DNA from: Gaiellales bacterium
GTDB lineage: Bacteria; Actinomycetota; Thermoleophilia; Gaiellales; Gaiellaceae
Reading direction: 5' to 3'
NCBI GenBank assembly: GCA_038213135.1
Contig: JBBQTQ010000001.1
Location: forward strand, 2,895 to 66,894
DNA: 64,000 bases
Position numbers and translations under genes: made by a program. Below the pieces are notes generated by a model that searched no databases, was not told the DNA's origin, and saw only the letters and a program-made list of their open reading frames with translations. Shown here piece by piece: positions 42,976-53,830 of this stretch. The first letter of the stretch is position 1. Each line of letters starts with the position of its first letter.

Positions 42976-43560
42976 GCGGCGCTCGAGGTTCGCCCGCACC
43001 GCGGGCCACTCGTCGTCGAGGATCGAGTAGTACGCGGAGTCGCGCAGGCGGTCGCGGTCGTCGCCGACGAGCATGTGCTTGCGGAAGATACCCTCGAACT
43101 CCGCCGGCAACGCTTCGAGCGCGCGACGCGAGCGCTCGTTCTTCGCATCGGTCTTGAACTCGACCCTCATGCAACTGTGGCGATCGAAGGCGTGCTCGAG
43201 CATCAGCAGCTTCGCCTCGACGTTCGCGCCGCTGCCCCAGCGCGAGCGGGCGAGCCACGTCCAGCCGATCTCGAGCCCGCGGTGCTCCGGGCGCAAGGTC
43301 AGGAAGCGCGTCGACCCGATCGGCTCGCCCGTCGAGGCGTCGAGCGTTGCGAATCCGGCTTCCCGGCCGGCGGAGCTCTCTGCGAGCGCGGCCTCGAGCC
43401 AGCTGTGGAACGTCTCATCACTCGCCTCGGCGTGGAGGAACATGTAGTCCCAGTCCGAGTCGCGAGCGGCGGCGAACAGGCCTTCCTCGTGCTGTGGAGC
43501 GAGCGGCTCGAGGACGACGAGCCGCCCTTCGAGGCGCGTGGCGAGTCCAGGCCAGCTCAT
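42964..43560 (-). CDS. GNAT family N-acetyltransferase (RimJ/RimL-like)
   Basis: 198 aa: LVVLEPL...HEEGLF...GLEIGWTWLARSRWGSGANVEAKLLMLEHAF......RVEFKTDAKNERSRRALE. Confidence 0.85.
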   Translation of the reverse strand: MSWPGLATRLEGRLVVLEPLAPQHEEGLFAAARDSDWDYMFLHAEASDETFHSWLEAALAESSAGREAGFATLDASTGEPIGSTRFLTLRPEHRGLEIGWTWLARSRWGSGANVEAKLLMLEHAFDRHSCMRVEFKTDAKNERSRRALEALPAEFEGIFRKHMLVGDDRDRLRDSAYYSILDDEWPAVRANLERRLRR

Positions 43561-44390
43561 CCTGCGGAGATCATCGCCGCGCCGGCGAGCGCGGCGAACG
43601 CTCCGACCTGCTGGATGGGTCGCAGCCGCTCACCGAGCACGATCCGCGCGAGCAGGACGATCCCGATCGGGTACAGCGACGCGAGCACGGCGATCAGGCT
43701 GATCAGGCCTTTGGTTGTCGCGACCGAGAAGAGCGTGGTCGCGGTGACGTCGAGCCCGGCCACCAGGACGAGCGCCGGCATGGCGGGGCGCACAGAAGCA
43801 AGTGGCGGCCGGGTGAAGGCGAGCGCGAGCAGTACGAGGACGGTCGACGAGACGCGCAGCGCGAACGGCCCCCAGTAGGGGTCGTGGGCGCTCGCCGCCT
43901 GGAGGCCGAGCAGGGAGCAGCCGAACAGGACCGCGGCGGCGGCGCCAAGCAGCGCGCCCGCTGCGATCCGCGAGGTGCGACCTGCGACCGGCTCACGGGA
44001 AGCGAGGACGATCCCGCCCAGTGCAAGGGCGATGCCGGCGCCCTGGATCGGGCTCGGTCGCTCGCCGCGCCCGATGCCGACTATCACCGGCACGAGTGGG
44101 GCGGTTGCCGTGATCGGAGCCACGATGCCCATCGTCCCGACCGCGAGCCCGCGGTAGAGGCAGCCGACGCCGACGATCCCCGCGGCCCCGGCGAGCGCGG
44201 CGTAGAGCGTGCCGAGCCCGCCGAGCGAATGGCGACCACCGACGAGCGCCACCCCAGCAAGCAGGACGAGCCCGAGCGGCTGCGTCACCGCGAGCAGAGC
44301 GACGATCGGAACTGACTTCGCCTTCAGGCCCCCGACGAAGTCCGAGACGCCCCAGGCGGCGCTCGCGATCAGCGCGAGGCCGACGCCCAC
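43557..44390 (-). CDS. EamA/DMT-family transporter
   Basis: A GTG at 44390, 9 nt after the upstream stop. 277 aa with 10 TM helices and the AAWGVSDFVGG start typical of EamA repeats. ATGA-type overlap with the GNAT gene. Confidence 0.8.
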   Translation of the reverse strand: MGVGLALIASAAWGVSDFVGGLKAKSVPIVALLAVTQPLGLVLLAGVALVGGRHSLGGLGTLYAALAGAAGIVGVGCLYRGLAVGTMGIVAPITATAPLVPVIVGIGRGERPSPIQGAGIALALGGIVLASREPVAGRTSRIAAGALLGAAAAVLFGCSLLGLQAASAHDPYWGPFALRVSSTVLVLLALAFTRPPLASVRPAMPALVLVAGLDVTATTLFSVATTKGLISLIAVLASLYPIGIVLLARIVLGERLRPIQQVGAFAALAGAAMISAG

Positions 44391-44398
44391 GGCCGCTG

Positions 44399-45229
44399 CT
44401 AGCGCTCGCCGACCGGGCGGGTGGCGGCCACAGCGTCGAGCTGGTTCGCGTGATAGAGGACGGACGCCTCGGCCGTTCGGGCCGCCCGCGAGTCGTGATG
44501 GCAGGCCACGGCGTGCAGGAGCTCGGCCCGTGCCTCGGGGTCGAGTGCGCCGGCCCGCTCCTCGATCAGGCGCAAGCCGAGATGAACGTGTCCGAGCAGG
44601 CGCCCCTCGGGCGTCGGCTGGAAGGCCGGCCCGCGCGCGAGCTCGATCGTCCGGCCGACGTCGTGGAGCAACGCGGCGGCGAGCAGCAAGTCGGCACGCA
44701 GGCGTGGATGCAGCTGGCACAGCTCGCGGCAGATCGTGGCGACGCCGACGGTGTGCTCGAGCAGGCCGCCTGCATAGTCGTGGTGCCCGTCGGGCGCGGC
44801 CGGCAGCGAGCGCAGGAGCTGGCGGCGGTCGGCCAGCACCGAGGTGACGACGTCGCGGAGACCCTGGTGGGACAGCTCGGCGATCAGGAAGTCGAGAAAG
44901 CCCTCGAGCTCGTCGGCGTCGCGGCGCATCGCCGGCGCCAGCGCGACCGGATCCTCGCCTTCGGCGGCCTCGATCGCGCGCACCTCGAGCTGTAGGCGGC
45001 CGCCGTAGCGCTCGACCCGGCCGAGCACGCGGACCGCGTCGCCCTCCGCGAAGCGGCCGTCAAGGAGATCGACGTCGTTCCAGACGCGGCCCTCGATCCG
45101 GCCGCTCGGATCGACGAGCTCGAGGGCGAGATAGTCCGACCCGCCGCGCGTCCGCAGGCGCCGTTTTCGCGACACCGCGTAGACCCCTTCGACCACTCGA
45201 TCCTCGGTCAATTCGGCGATTGCGGCCAC
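44399..45229 (-). CDS. OB-fold + HD-domain 3'-5' exoribonuclease (YhaM-like)
   Basis: N-terminal OB fold (VYAVSRKRRLRTRGGSDYLALELVDPSGRIEGRVW). HD domain (GGLLEHTV...AALLHDVG...ACHH). Confidence 0.78.
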   Translation of the reverse strand: MAAIAELTEDRVVEGVYAVSRKRRLRTRGGSDYLALELVDPSGRIEGRVWNDVDLLDGRFAEGDAVRVLGRVERYGGRLQLEVRAIEAAEGEDPVALAPAMRRDADELEGFLDFLIAELSHQGLRDVVTSVLADRRQLLRSLPAAPDGHHDYAGGLLEHTVGVATICRELCQLHPRLRADLLLAAALLHDVGRTIELARGPAFQPTPEGRLLGHVHLGLRLIEERAGALDPEARAELLHAVACHHDSRAARTAEASVLYHANQLDAVAATRPVGER

Positions 45230-45256
45230 GCCGCGAGCTTACGCTAGGCTCCGGCC

Positions 45257-46339
45257 GTGGCCGTCGTGAAGCCGTTTCGCGCCGTCCGCTACGGCGAGCG
45301 CGCGGGGCCGATCGAGCAGCTCGTCGCACCTCCCTACGACGTTCTCGGCGAGCGCGAGCGGGCCGAGTACCTCACCCGCAGCCCGTACAACGTCGTCCAC
45401 CTGACGCTGCCGGACGACGAGGCCGACGCCGCTCGGCTCTGGCGCGAGTGGCAGGGCGAAGCCCTCCTCGTCCGCGACGAGTCGCCCGCCTGCTGGTGGT
45501 TGTCGCAGACCTACACCGGCCCGGACGGAGTCGAACGGACGCGAGACGGGCTTGTCGTCGCGCTGCGGGTCGAGCCGTACTCGGCGGGTGTCGTGCTCCC
45601 CCACGAGCGCACGCATGCCCGTCCGAAAGAGGGGAGGCTGCGGCTGTTGCGCGCGCTTCGCGCGAACGTCGAGCCGATCTTCCTGCTCTACGACGGCGAG
45701 CTGGCGGCGCCCGGCGGCGAGCCGGAGCTGACCGTCGAGCTGGAGGGCGTGCGCAATCGGCTCTGGCGCGGGGAAGGCGAGCCGCCGCCCGAGCTCCTGG
45801 ACGCGTCGTTCACGATCGCGGACGGTCATCACCGCTACGAGACTGCGCTGGCTTTCCACGCGGAGGACGGCTCGGAGGAGAGCGCCTACATGATGGTCGT
45901 GCTCGTGCCCACCGCCCAGGAGGGCCTGACGATCTTCCCGACGCATCGGATCGTCGAGCGGCTCGGCGGGGTCGATGCGCCGCTCGAGACGGACGTGACG
46001 CCGTACGAGGCACTCGCCGAGATCGAGGCCAACGCGCGCGAATGGCCGGTCGCGGTGCTCTACCGGAACGGCCGCACGTATCTCGTTCAGGGCAACGCGG
46101 CCGAGCTCGACGCGGCGTTTCTCGAGCGGTTCCAGCTCGAGGGCGTCTCGTACACACCACGGGCCGAGGAGGCGGTGGCTGCGGTGGATCGCGGCGACGC
46201 GGAGGCTGCGTTCCTGCTGCGAGCGCCGACTGTCGAGCAGGTTCTGGCGGTCGCCGGCCGCGGCGAGACGATGCCGCAGAAGAGCACCTACTTCTATCCC
46301 AAGCTCCCTTCCGGGCTGCTCTTCCAGCTGCTCGACTGA
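45257..46339 (+). CDS. DUF1015 domain-containing protein
   Basis: (M)AVVKPFRAVRY......VAPPYDV........SPYNVVHL...VLPHERT...K..RL.LLRA...N.EPIFLLY...IADGHHRYETA. 360 aa. Confidence 0.85.
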   Translation: MAVVKPFRAVRYGERAGPIEQLVAPPYDVLGERERAEYLTRSPYNVVHLTLPDDEADAARLWREWQGEALLVRDESPACWWLSQTYTGPDGVERTRDGLVVALRVEPYSAGVVLPHERTHARPKEGRLRLLRALRANVEPIFLLYDGELAAPGGEPELTVELEGVRNRLWRGEGEPPPELLDASFTIADGHHRYETALAFHAEDGSEESAYMMVVLVPTAQEGLTIFPTHRIVERLGGVDAPLETDVTPYEALAEIEANAREWPVAVLYRNGRTYLVQGNAAELDAAFLERFQLEGVSYTPRAEEAVAAVDRGDAEAAFLLRAPTVEQVLAVAGRGETMPQKSTYFYPKLPSGLLFQLLD

Positions 46340-46340
46340 C

Positions 46341-46670
46341 TTACTCGGATGAATCCTCTGCTAATCGCCCGGCCGTCTGGTCGAGCGGGCTCAGGTGTTT
46401 CTCGACGATCTCCTGGATGATTTCGAGCTCGACTCGAAAGTACTCGTGGGCGATCAGGTTCCGAAGTCCGACGATTTGCGTCCATGCGATTTCAGGAGCG
46501 AGCGCCCGTGTCTCTTCGGAGATCTGGGCGGCTGCCTCTCCGATGACCACGAGGTTGTAAAGCACTGCATCCGTGGTCTTGCGGTCGAAGGCTCCGCTGG
46601 CAACGTGGCGCCCGATCGTGGCGATCGCTTCGCGTATGTCCCGCAAACGCTGTGCTTCGCGGCGGCTCAC
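46341..46670 (-). CDS. hepT: HepT-like (DUF86, HEPN) ribonuclease toxin
   Basis: 109 aa with the HEPN Rx4H motif in GLRNLIAHEY. GTGA overlap with the upstream nucleotidyltransferase gene. Confidence 0.85.
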   Translation of the reverse strand: MSRREAQRLRDIREAIATIGRHVASGAFDRKTTDAVLYNLVVIGEAAAQISEETRALAPEIAWTQIVGLRNLIAHEYFRVELEIIQEIVEKHLSPLDQTAGRLAEDSSE

Positions 46671-46990
46671 AACGGAACAGCCTCAGCGAGCGCGGCATCA
46701 CGCACCTCCTCGCGGAGCGTTCTAGCGGTCACGACGTCGACTCGCGCGCCAACTAGCTGCGAGAGTTCCTCGGATAACCCGAGGACGATCAGAAGCTCAG
46801 TGCCTAGCGACTCCGAGGTCGCAAGGTCGACCAGGAGGTCGATATCACTCAATGCGTCGTCGTCGCCTCGCGCAAGAGATCCGAAGAGCCGCACGTCCCG
46901 CCCTCCGTTGTCCTGGAGCAGGGAGAGGATTCGCGTCCGTTCGCTTCGCAGGACATCCCGGGGTGAGGGCCGTTCCGTGGTTGGGGTCAC
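46667..46990 (-). CDS. mntA: MntA-like minimal nucleotidyltransferase antitoxin
   Basis: GTG at 46990. 107 aa with RLFGSLARGDDDALSDIDLLV (GSx10DxD pol-beta-type NTase motif). The remaining 203 upstream codons of the track ORF are antisense to the IMPase gene. Confidence 0.85.
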   Translation of the reverse strand: MTPTTERPSPRDVLRSERTRILSLLQDNGGRDVRLFGSLARGDDDALSDIDLLVDLATSESLGTELLIVLGLSEELSQLVGARVDVVTARTLREEVRDAALAEAVPL

Positions 46991-47032
46991 GCGGCGAATG
47001 ATCGCAGCCGCCGCTGTCGAGGCCAAGAGACT

Positions 47033-47821
47033 GTGACCTGGCTCGAGACCTGCCGCGGGGCGGTCGCCGACGTTCGCCGCGTGCTCGAGGAGCTGCCCAC
47101 CCGCGCCGAGCGCGAGCCGGTCGTGGGGGACGGCGAGGGCGGTGACGAGACGACTGCGATCGACGCGGCTGCCGAGCGGGTCGTCGTCGAGCGCCTCGAC
47201 CGTGAGCAGCCCGGGTTCACGCTCGTCTCGGAGGAGCTCGGCCGCCGCGCGGGCTCCGGCACGGTCGTCGTGCTCGACCCGATCGACGGCTCGATCAACG
47301 CCAAGCGTGGCATCCCGTTCTTCGCCGTCTCGATCGCCGTGGCGTCCGGGGAGACGATGGGCGACGTCGACTTCGGTTACGTCTACGACTTCGGCTCGGG
47401 CGAGGAGTGGACGGCGATCCGCGGCGAGGGCGCGTTCCTGAACGGCGAGCGACTCGGCGCGATCCGCCCGAAGGACCGGATCGAGCTCCTGTCGTTCGAG
47501 GCGACGCGAACCGACCTGATCGCCCGCCACGTCCCGGCGTTTACCGAGCTCGCCCACCGCCTGCGGATCATGGGCTCGCTCGCGCTTTCCCTCTGCCACC
47601 TCGCAGCCGGCCGGGTCGACGGCGTGTGCTCGCTGAAGCCCGCGCGGTCGGTCGACATCGCCGCCGCGCAGCTGCTCGTCCTGGAGTGCGGGCTCGCGAT
47701 CGACCTGCCCGACGATCCGCCCTTCGCCGCCGCGCCGCTGGACCTCGAAGGGCGTTCACGCGTCGTCGCTGCGGGAACCCCGGCGCTGTGCGGGCAGATC
47801 GCCGACGCACTCAGGCGCTGA
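47033..47821 (+). CDS. inositol monophosphatase / FBPase family protein
   Basis: 262 aa: TTAIDAAAE...SEELG...VLDPIDGSINA...SVDIAAAQLLV. Metal-binding IMPase motifs. Confidence 0.85.
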   Translation: MTWLETCRGAVADVRRVLEELPTRAEREPVVGDGEGGDETTAIDAAAERVVVERLDREQPGFTLVSEELGRRAGSGTVVVLDPIDGSINAKRGIPFFAVSIAVASGETMGDVDFGYVYDFGSGEEWTAIRGEGAFLNGERLGAIRPKDRIELLSFEATRTDLIARHVPAFTELAHRLRIMGSLALSLCHLAAGRVDGVCSLKPARSVDIAAAQLLVLECGLAIDLPDDPPFAAAPLDLEGRSRVVAAGTPALCGQIADALRR

Positions 47822-49823
47822 TGTCGGCGCGGCCCCAGCGGCCGCGGATGCCGCTCAGCTCGAGCCGGCCGATCCGTTCCGGTAGCGCCGGATCGGAGCG
47901 GAGCTTGTCGCCTTCGGGCTCGAGCCCGAGCATCGCACGGAGAAGCAGGAACGGCGTGCCGGTCGCCCAGGCCTGCGGGCTCGAGGCGGTCGGGTACTCG
48001 ACCGGGAAGTTCGTGAGCAGGCGCGGGTAGCCGGCAAAGACCTCGGGCAGCCGGTACCGGAAATAGGTGGCTGCGTCGAGAATTGCCATCGCGATCGTGT
48101 TCGCCTCGTCGCGGAACCCGTATCGCGCGAGCCCGGCCGCGATCAGGGAGTTGTCATGCGGCCAGACCGTCCCGTCGTGGTACTCGATCGGGCTGTAGCC
48201 GCCCTCGGCCGTCCCCATCGTCCGGACTCCCCACCCGGAGAAGAGCTCGTCGCCGAGCAGGTGCCGTGCCAGCGCCGGCGCCTTGTCCTCGTCGACGATC
48301 CCGCTCCAGAGCAGGTGGCCGACGTTCGACGTGAGGCTGTCGACGGGCTTCTTCTCGCCGTCGAGCGCGAGCGCGAAGAACTCGCGATCCGCCAGCCAGA
48401 AGTCGCGGTTGAAGCGCTCCCGTAGCACGGTCGCGTCGCTCTCCAACCGCGCCGCCAGCTCCGGGTCGCCCCAGAAGTCCCGCGCCAGCCGAGCGCATCG
48501 CAGCTTCGCGTCGTACACGTAGCCCTGCAGCTCGCAGACCGCCCGCGGCAGCGAGGAGAGCGAGCCGTCGTGCTGGAGGATCGAGTTCCAGGAGTCCTTC
48601 CAGCACTGGTTCTCGAGCCCCGACTCGGTGTTGCGCTCGTACTCGACGTACCCGTCGCCGTCGCGGTCGCCGTAGCGATCGATCCATTCGAGGGCAGCGC
48701 GCGCGTTCGGCTCGAGCTCGCGGACGAGCTCGGCGTCACCGGTCCAGCGCTCCGTCTCGTCGAGCAGGATCAGCCACAGCGGCGTGGAGTCGAAGCTGCC
48801 GTAGTACGGCGAGTGTGGCCGCTCGTGGAAGTGCGTCAGCTCGCCGAAGCGCAGCTCGTGCAGGATCTTGCCGGGCTGCTCCTCGCGGAAGTGGTCCTCC
48901 TTCTTCCCCTGCAGGGCGCCGAGCACGCGCAGGGTCGTCGCGGCGAGCTCCGGGTGGAAGGGCAGGGCCTGATAGCTCGTGATCACGCTGTCGCGGCCGA
49001 AGAGAGCCATGAACCAGGGCAGTCCGGCGGCGGGTACCGAGGCACTCGGGAACTGCGGCAGGATGTCGTCCACGTAGAAGCGCAGCGCGGCCAGGTCGAC
49101 GAGGCTGCGGCGGCGGATGTGGTGGAGCGGGTCCCAGTCGCAGTCGAGCTTCGGCGCCGCCTCGAGCCACTCCTCGAGGCTGTGCTGGATGTTCGGCCGC
49201 GCCTCGTGCTGGCCGTGGCCGTACTTCGGCCCCGTGAGCGCTCCGTCGACCGGGTGCACGTCGAGGCAGGTCGACCACTCACCCTTGGCCGGGATCCGGA
49301 TGCGGAAGACGAGTCCATCCCTCGTCAGCTCCGCCTTCGCAGTCGACGTGATGCGCGTCTCGCGAACCCAGTCCTCGCGCCTGTACCCGAGCACGAGCTC
49401 GCCGGGACGCACGTCGACGTAGCTCTCGCCTTTCTTGGCGAGCGCGTCCTTCACCTCGAAGAGGTCGGCGAAGTCGGACGCAGCTGCGAGATGGAGCTCG
49501 ATCTCGGCGGTCTCGAGGCCGTGGTTGAAGACGATCAGGTCCTCGTGGAAGCCGTCGCCGACGACCCGTTTGCGGATCATCGACAGGGACGGGTCCTTGT
49601 AGACGGTTCCCGTCGGCGGGTGGACGAAGAACTGCGTCGAGAAATAGTCGATGTCGTCGAAGGAGAGCAGCAGCGGCGTCTGCCCGGCGATCGTCAGCTT
49701 CCACTTCGAGAGGAAGCGCGTGTCCCGGTGGAAGAGGCCCTGCGGCTGATCGGGTGCCGCATCGATGTCGCCGGAGTTGGCGCAGACGACGAAGGTGGAG
49801 CCGTCGAGGATGCTGACCGGCAT
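47811..49823 (-). CDS. amylo-alpha-1,6-glucosidase / glycogen debranching enzyme family protein
   Basis: ATG at 49823 (MPVSILDGSTFVVC...). GDE N-terminal domain plus (alpha/alpha)6 C-terminal domain: GLPWFMALFGRDS...QPGKILHELR...GLENQCWKDSW...ELQGYVYDA...HDGTVWPHDN...SSPQAWA. 670 aa. Confidence 0.85.
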   Translation of the reverse strand: MPVSILDGSTFVVCANSGDIDAAPDQPQGLFHRDTRFLSKWKLTIAGQTPLLLSFDDIDYFSTQFFVHPPTGTVYKDPSLSMIRKRVVGDGFHEDLIVFNHGLETAEIELHLAAASDFADLFEVKDALAKKGESYVDVRPGELVLGYRREDWVRETRITSTAKAELTRDGLVFRIRIPAKGEWSTCLDVHPVDGALTGPKYGHGQHEARPNIQHSLEEWLEAAPKLDCDWDPLHHIRRRSLVDLAALRFYVDDILPQFPSASVPAAGLPWFMALFGRDSVITSYQALPFHPELAATTLRVLGALQGKKEDHFREEQPGKILHELRFGELTHFHERPHSPYYGSFDSTPLWLILLDETERWTGDAELVRELEPNARAALEWIDRYGDRDGDGYVEYERNTESGLENQCWKDSWNSILQHDGSLSSLPRAVCELQGYVYDAKLRCARLARDFWGDPELAARLESDATVLRERFNRDFWLADREFFALALDGEKKPVDSLTSNVGHLLWSGIVDEDKAPALARHLLGDELFSGWGVRTMGTAEGGYSPIEYHDGTVWPHDNSLIAAGLARYGFRDEANTIAMAILDAATYFRYRLPEVFAGYPRLLTNFPVEYPTASSPQAWATGTPFLLLRAMLGLEPEGDKLRSDPALPERIGRLELSGIRGRWGRADISA

Positions 49824-49860
49824 CCGCGCCAGACTAACCCGCGGGGCGTACGATCCTGGG

Positions 49861-50207
49861 ATGCACCTGCTGCTCGTGGCAGCGAGCTTCGTCGCCCTTC
49901 TGCAGGGCGGGCCGAAGACTCCGCCCGCAGACAACAAGACGAAGTGGCCTTACACGGTCACCGTCAAGGATGCGAAGGGCCATCCGGTGCCCGCGAAGAT
50001 CACCGTCCAGATCCTCGATCCGATCGGCGGCGTCCACGCGGTGCAGTTCGACAGCAACACCAAGCCGATCACGAATCATCCGATCGTCGGGCGCTTCCGC
50101 GACCAGCTCGAGTGGCCGCCCGAGGCGCGCGGCTTCAAGTTCACGTTCCGGGTGATCGTGAAGGCGCTCGGCTCGACGAAGACGCTCTCGACGGTCGTCC
50201 AGCCGCG

Positions 50208-50211
<4 letters not shown>
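49861..50211 (+). CDS. small secreted protein, unknown function
   Basis: ATG at 49861: MHLLLVAASFVALLQGGPKTPPAD (signal peptide), then a beta-rich 90-aa domain. The stop overlaps the ABC ATPase start (TTGA). Confidence 0.55.
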
Positions 50212-50897
<686 letters not shown>

Positions 50898-52004
50898 CCG
50901 CGCGCCAGGCCGGGTAGAGGGCGCCGAGGATCCCAACGCCGAGGGCGAATGCTAGCCCCCAGGCGAAGACGCCGGCCGTGAACTCCGGCGAGACGAGCGA
51001 GGAGAGAGCGCTCTCGCGCGTGAAGAGGTCGGCTGCGACCCAGCCGACGAGCAGGCCGAGGCCGAGCGCGATCACGCCGATGCCGGCGGCCTCGCTGACG
51101 ATCAGCAACGCGATCCGCCGCTTCGGCCAGCCGACCGCGCGCATGATCCCGATCTCCCGGGTCCTCTCGAACACGGACATCGCCATCGTGTTCGTAACGC
51201 CGATCCCGCCGACGATCAGCGCGAGCAGCGAAAAGATCCAGCCGCTCTCGATGATCACGCGGCTCGACGTGTCGACCTTGACCGCCTGGCCGGGCTCGGT
51301 CACCGCCGTGACGCCCGGGAAGCGGCGCTCGAGCTCCTTCGCCACGTCCTTCGGGCGGTGGCCGAGCTGGACGGTGATCCCGAGCGTCGTCACCTCGCCC
51401 GGATGGCCGGCGAGTCGCTGCACCGTCGCAAGCGGCAGCACGGCGCCGTTGTCCTCGTAGCGATCGCCGCTGTGGTAGACCCCGGCGATCGGCAGCCGGG
51501 CGTGCTCGACGCTCAGCGTTCGCCCCGGCGAGAGATGGAGCCGGCGGGCAGCGCGGTCGCCGATCAGCGCCTGGTCCTGAACGGGCCGGTGGCCGTCGAC
51601 GATTACGAGGCGCTGCTCCGTGAACTCATTCGGCGCGAAACCGAAGACGAGGAACGCGTTGTCTCCTTGCGCATTGCTGACTCGCAGGAAGATCCGGGAC
51701 ACGTGCGCGACGCCGGGCTGCGCCGCGATCTTCTGCGCGAGGCTGTCTGGCAGCAGTGACTTCGTGAGGTCGGCGGCGCCGTTCTGGAAGAGCCCGAAGT
51801 CCGCGCGGCCGACGTGGATCAGGTCGCTGGCCGTCCGGCGCACGCCTGCGGCGATCGAGAGCAGGGCAACGATCAGACCGACACCGACGGCCACGCCCGC
51901 CGCGGTGAGTGCGGTCCGGGCTCGCCGGCGGCGCAGGTTCTTCCAGACGAAGCCGGCCCAGGTCACAAGGGCATTCTCTACCCCGTTGGTAGGGTGGAAC
52001 GACG

Positions 52005-53060
52005 ATGCGCGAAGCGATTTTGAAGGCGCTCGAGAACGTGATCGACCCCGAGTTGCGGCGGCCGGTCACCGAGCTCGACATGGTGAGGGACGTCCAGATC
52101 GAGGGCGGCGATGTGACCGTGACTATCGCCCTGACCGTCGCCGGCTGCCCGCTCCGGTCGTCGTTCCAGGACCAGGTCGCCGCGCATGTTGGGGCGGTCG
52201 CCGGTGTCGAGACGGTGCGGCTCGAGTTCGACGTGATGAGCCCCGAGGAGAAGACGGCGCTGACGACCAAGCTGCGCGGCGGCGTCGAGAACCGCTCGAA
52301 GGGGATCACCGTCTCGCGCTCGACTCGCGTGATCGCGCTCGCGAGCGGCAAGGGCGGCGTCGGCAAGTCGTCGCTGACGGTGAACCTGGCGGCTGCCTTC
52401 TCGGGGCTGGGGCAGCAGGTCGGAGTCCTCGACGCGGACATCTACGGCCACTCGATTCCGCACATGCTCGGCATCTCGCAGAAGCCGGTGGTCGTCGACA
52501 AGCTGATCGTCCCGCCGGTCAAGGACGACCTGAAGCTGATGTCGATCGGGTTCTTCCTCGACGAGAACTCGCCGGTGATGTGGCGTGGCCCGATGCTCCA
52601 TCGCGCGCTGGAGCAGTTCCTCTCTGACGTGCACTGGGGCGACCTGGACGTGCTGCTCGTGGACATGCCGCCGGGAACCGGCGACGTGGCGATCTCGCTT
52701 GGGCAGCTCCTTCCGCGCGCGGAGGTGGTGATCGTGACGACCCCGCAGCCGCTCGCCCAGGAGGTCGCGGTCCGTGCTGCGCTGATGGCGCAGAAGACGA
52801 ACATGCGCGTGATCGGTGTGATCGAGAACATGACCTCCGAGGTCTTCGGCTCGGGCGGCGGCGAGCGGCTCGCCGAGCAGATCGGCGCGCCGCTGCTCGG
52901 TCAGGTGCCGCTGGACGCACGTCTCCGCGAGTGCGGCGACCGCGGCGAGCCGCTCGTTCTTGCCGACCCCGAGTGCGAGACTGCGCAAACGATTGTCGCG
53001 ATCGCCGAGACGATCCACGCGACTCGCAAGGCGTTCAAGCCGCTGCCGGTTCTGTCCTAA
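52005..53060 (+). CDS. apbC: Mrp/NBP35-family Fe-S cluster carrier ATPase
   Basis: N-terminal DUF59-like (ILKALENVIDPEL...). Deviant Walker A ASGKGGVGKSS. DADIYGHSIP, and DMPPGTGD. Confidence 0.9.
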   Translation: MREAILKALENVIDPELRRPVTELDMVRDVQIEGGDVTVTIALTVAGCPLRSSFQDQVAAHVGAVAGVETVRLEFDVMSPEEKTALTTKLRGGVENRSKGITVSRSTRVIALASGKGGVGKSSLTVNLAAAFSGLGQQVGVLDADIYGHSIPHMLGISQKPVVVDKLIVPPVKDDLKLMSIGFFLDENSPVMWRGPMLHRALEQFLSDVHWGDLDVLLVDMPPGTGDVAISLGQLLPRAEVVIVTTPQPLAQEVAVRAALMAQKTNMRVIGVIENMTSEVFGSGGGERLAEQIGAPLLGQVPLDARLRECGDRGEPLVLADPECETAQTIVAIAETIHATRKAFKPLPVLS

Positions 53061-53076
53061 CGGGCCACGTCCGGGG

Positions 53077-53772
53077 TCAGACCCCGGTCGTGTCTCCCGG
53101 CGCCATGTCCTCGACCGTGACTCCGAGCGCGAGCTTGCGCAGCTCCTCCGGCGTTCCGGTCAGCACGGGGAACGTGCCCCAGTGGCACGGCACGCAGCGC
53201 TTGACCCCGAGCAACTCCAGCGCGACAGCGGCCTCCTCCGGGCCCATGGTGAACCAGTCGCCGATCGGGAGCACCGCAAGGTCCGGCTTGTAGATTCGCC
53301 CGATCAGCGCCATGTCGCCGAAGACGCACGTGTCGCCGGCGAAGTAGATCGTCTCGCCGTGCTCCAGGCGGATTACGAGGCCGCACGCGTCCCCCAGATA
53401 CGTTCCATCCTCCGCGCTGGACGAGTGGAGCGCGTTCGTCAGCGTGTACCGGATCCCGTCGATCTCCTGGCTGCCACCCTTGTTGATCCCCGGCAGCTTG
53501 CCCACGTTCGCACCCTGCTTCCCGAGCCAGGTCTTCAGCTCGATGATGGCGACCACCGAGGGCTCGAAGCGCTTCGTCAGCTCGACGGTGTCGCCCAGGT
53601 GGTCGCCGTGACCATGCGTGAGTGCGATTACGTCGACGCGCTCCGGCTCCTTCTCAGCGTCGGGGCACTTTGGGTTGCCGGTCAGAAACGGATCGACGTA
53701 GATGCGCTTGCCGGTCGACGTGTCGATTCGGAACGACGCGTGTCCGAGCCAGGTGAGCGAAGCCTCTGCCAT
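53077..53772 (-). CDS. metal-dependent hydrolase, MBL fold (UPF0173 family)
   Basis: 231 aa: LTWLGHASFRI......IYVDPF...DVIALTHGHGDHLGD... Confidence 0.85.
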   Translation of the reverse strand: MAEASLTWLGHASFRIDTSTGKRIYVDPFLTGNPKCPDAEKEPERVDVIALTHGHGDHLGDTVELTKRFEPSVVAIIELKTWLGKQGANVGKLPGINKGGSQEIDGIRYTLTNALHSSSAEDGTYLGDACGLVIRLEHGETIYFAGDTCVFGDMALIGRIYKPDLAVLPIGDWFTMGPEEAAVALELLGVKRCVPCHWGTFPVLTGTPEELRKLALGVTVEDMAPGDTTGV

Positions 53773-53830
53773 TCGATTTCCCCCCGTTTTCGTCGCAGGA
53801 CTGTCCGATGCGCCCGCGAATCTAACGGGC

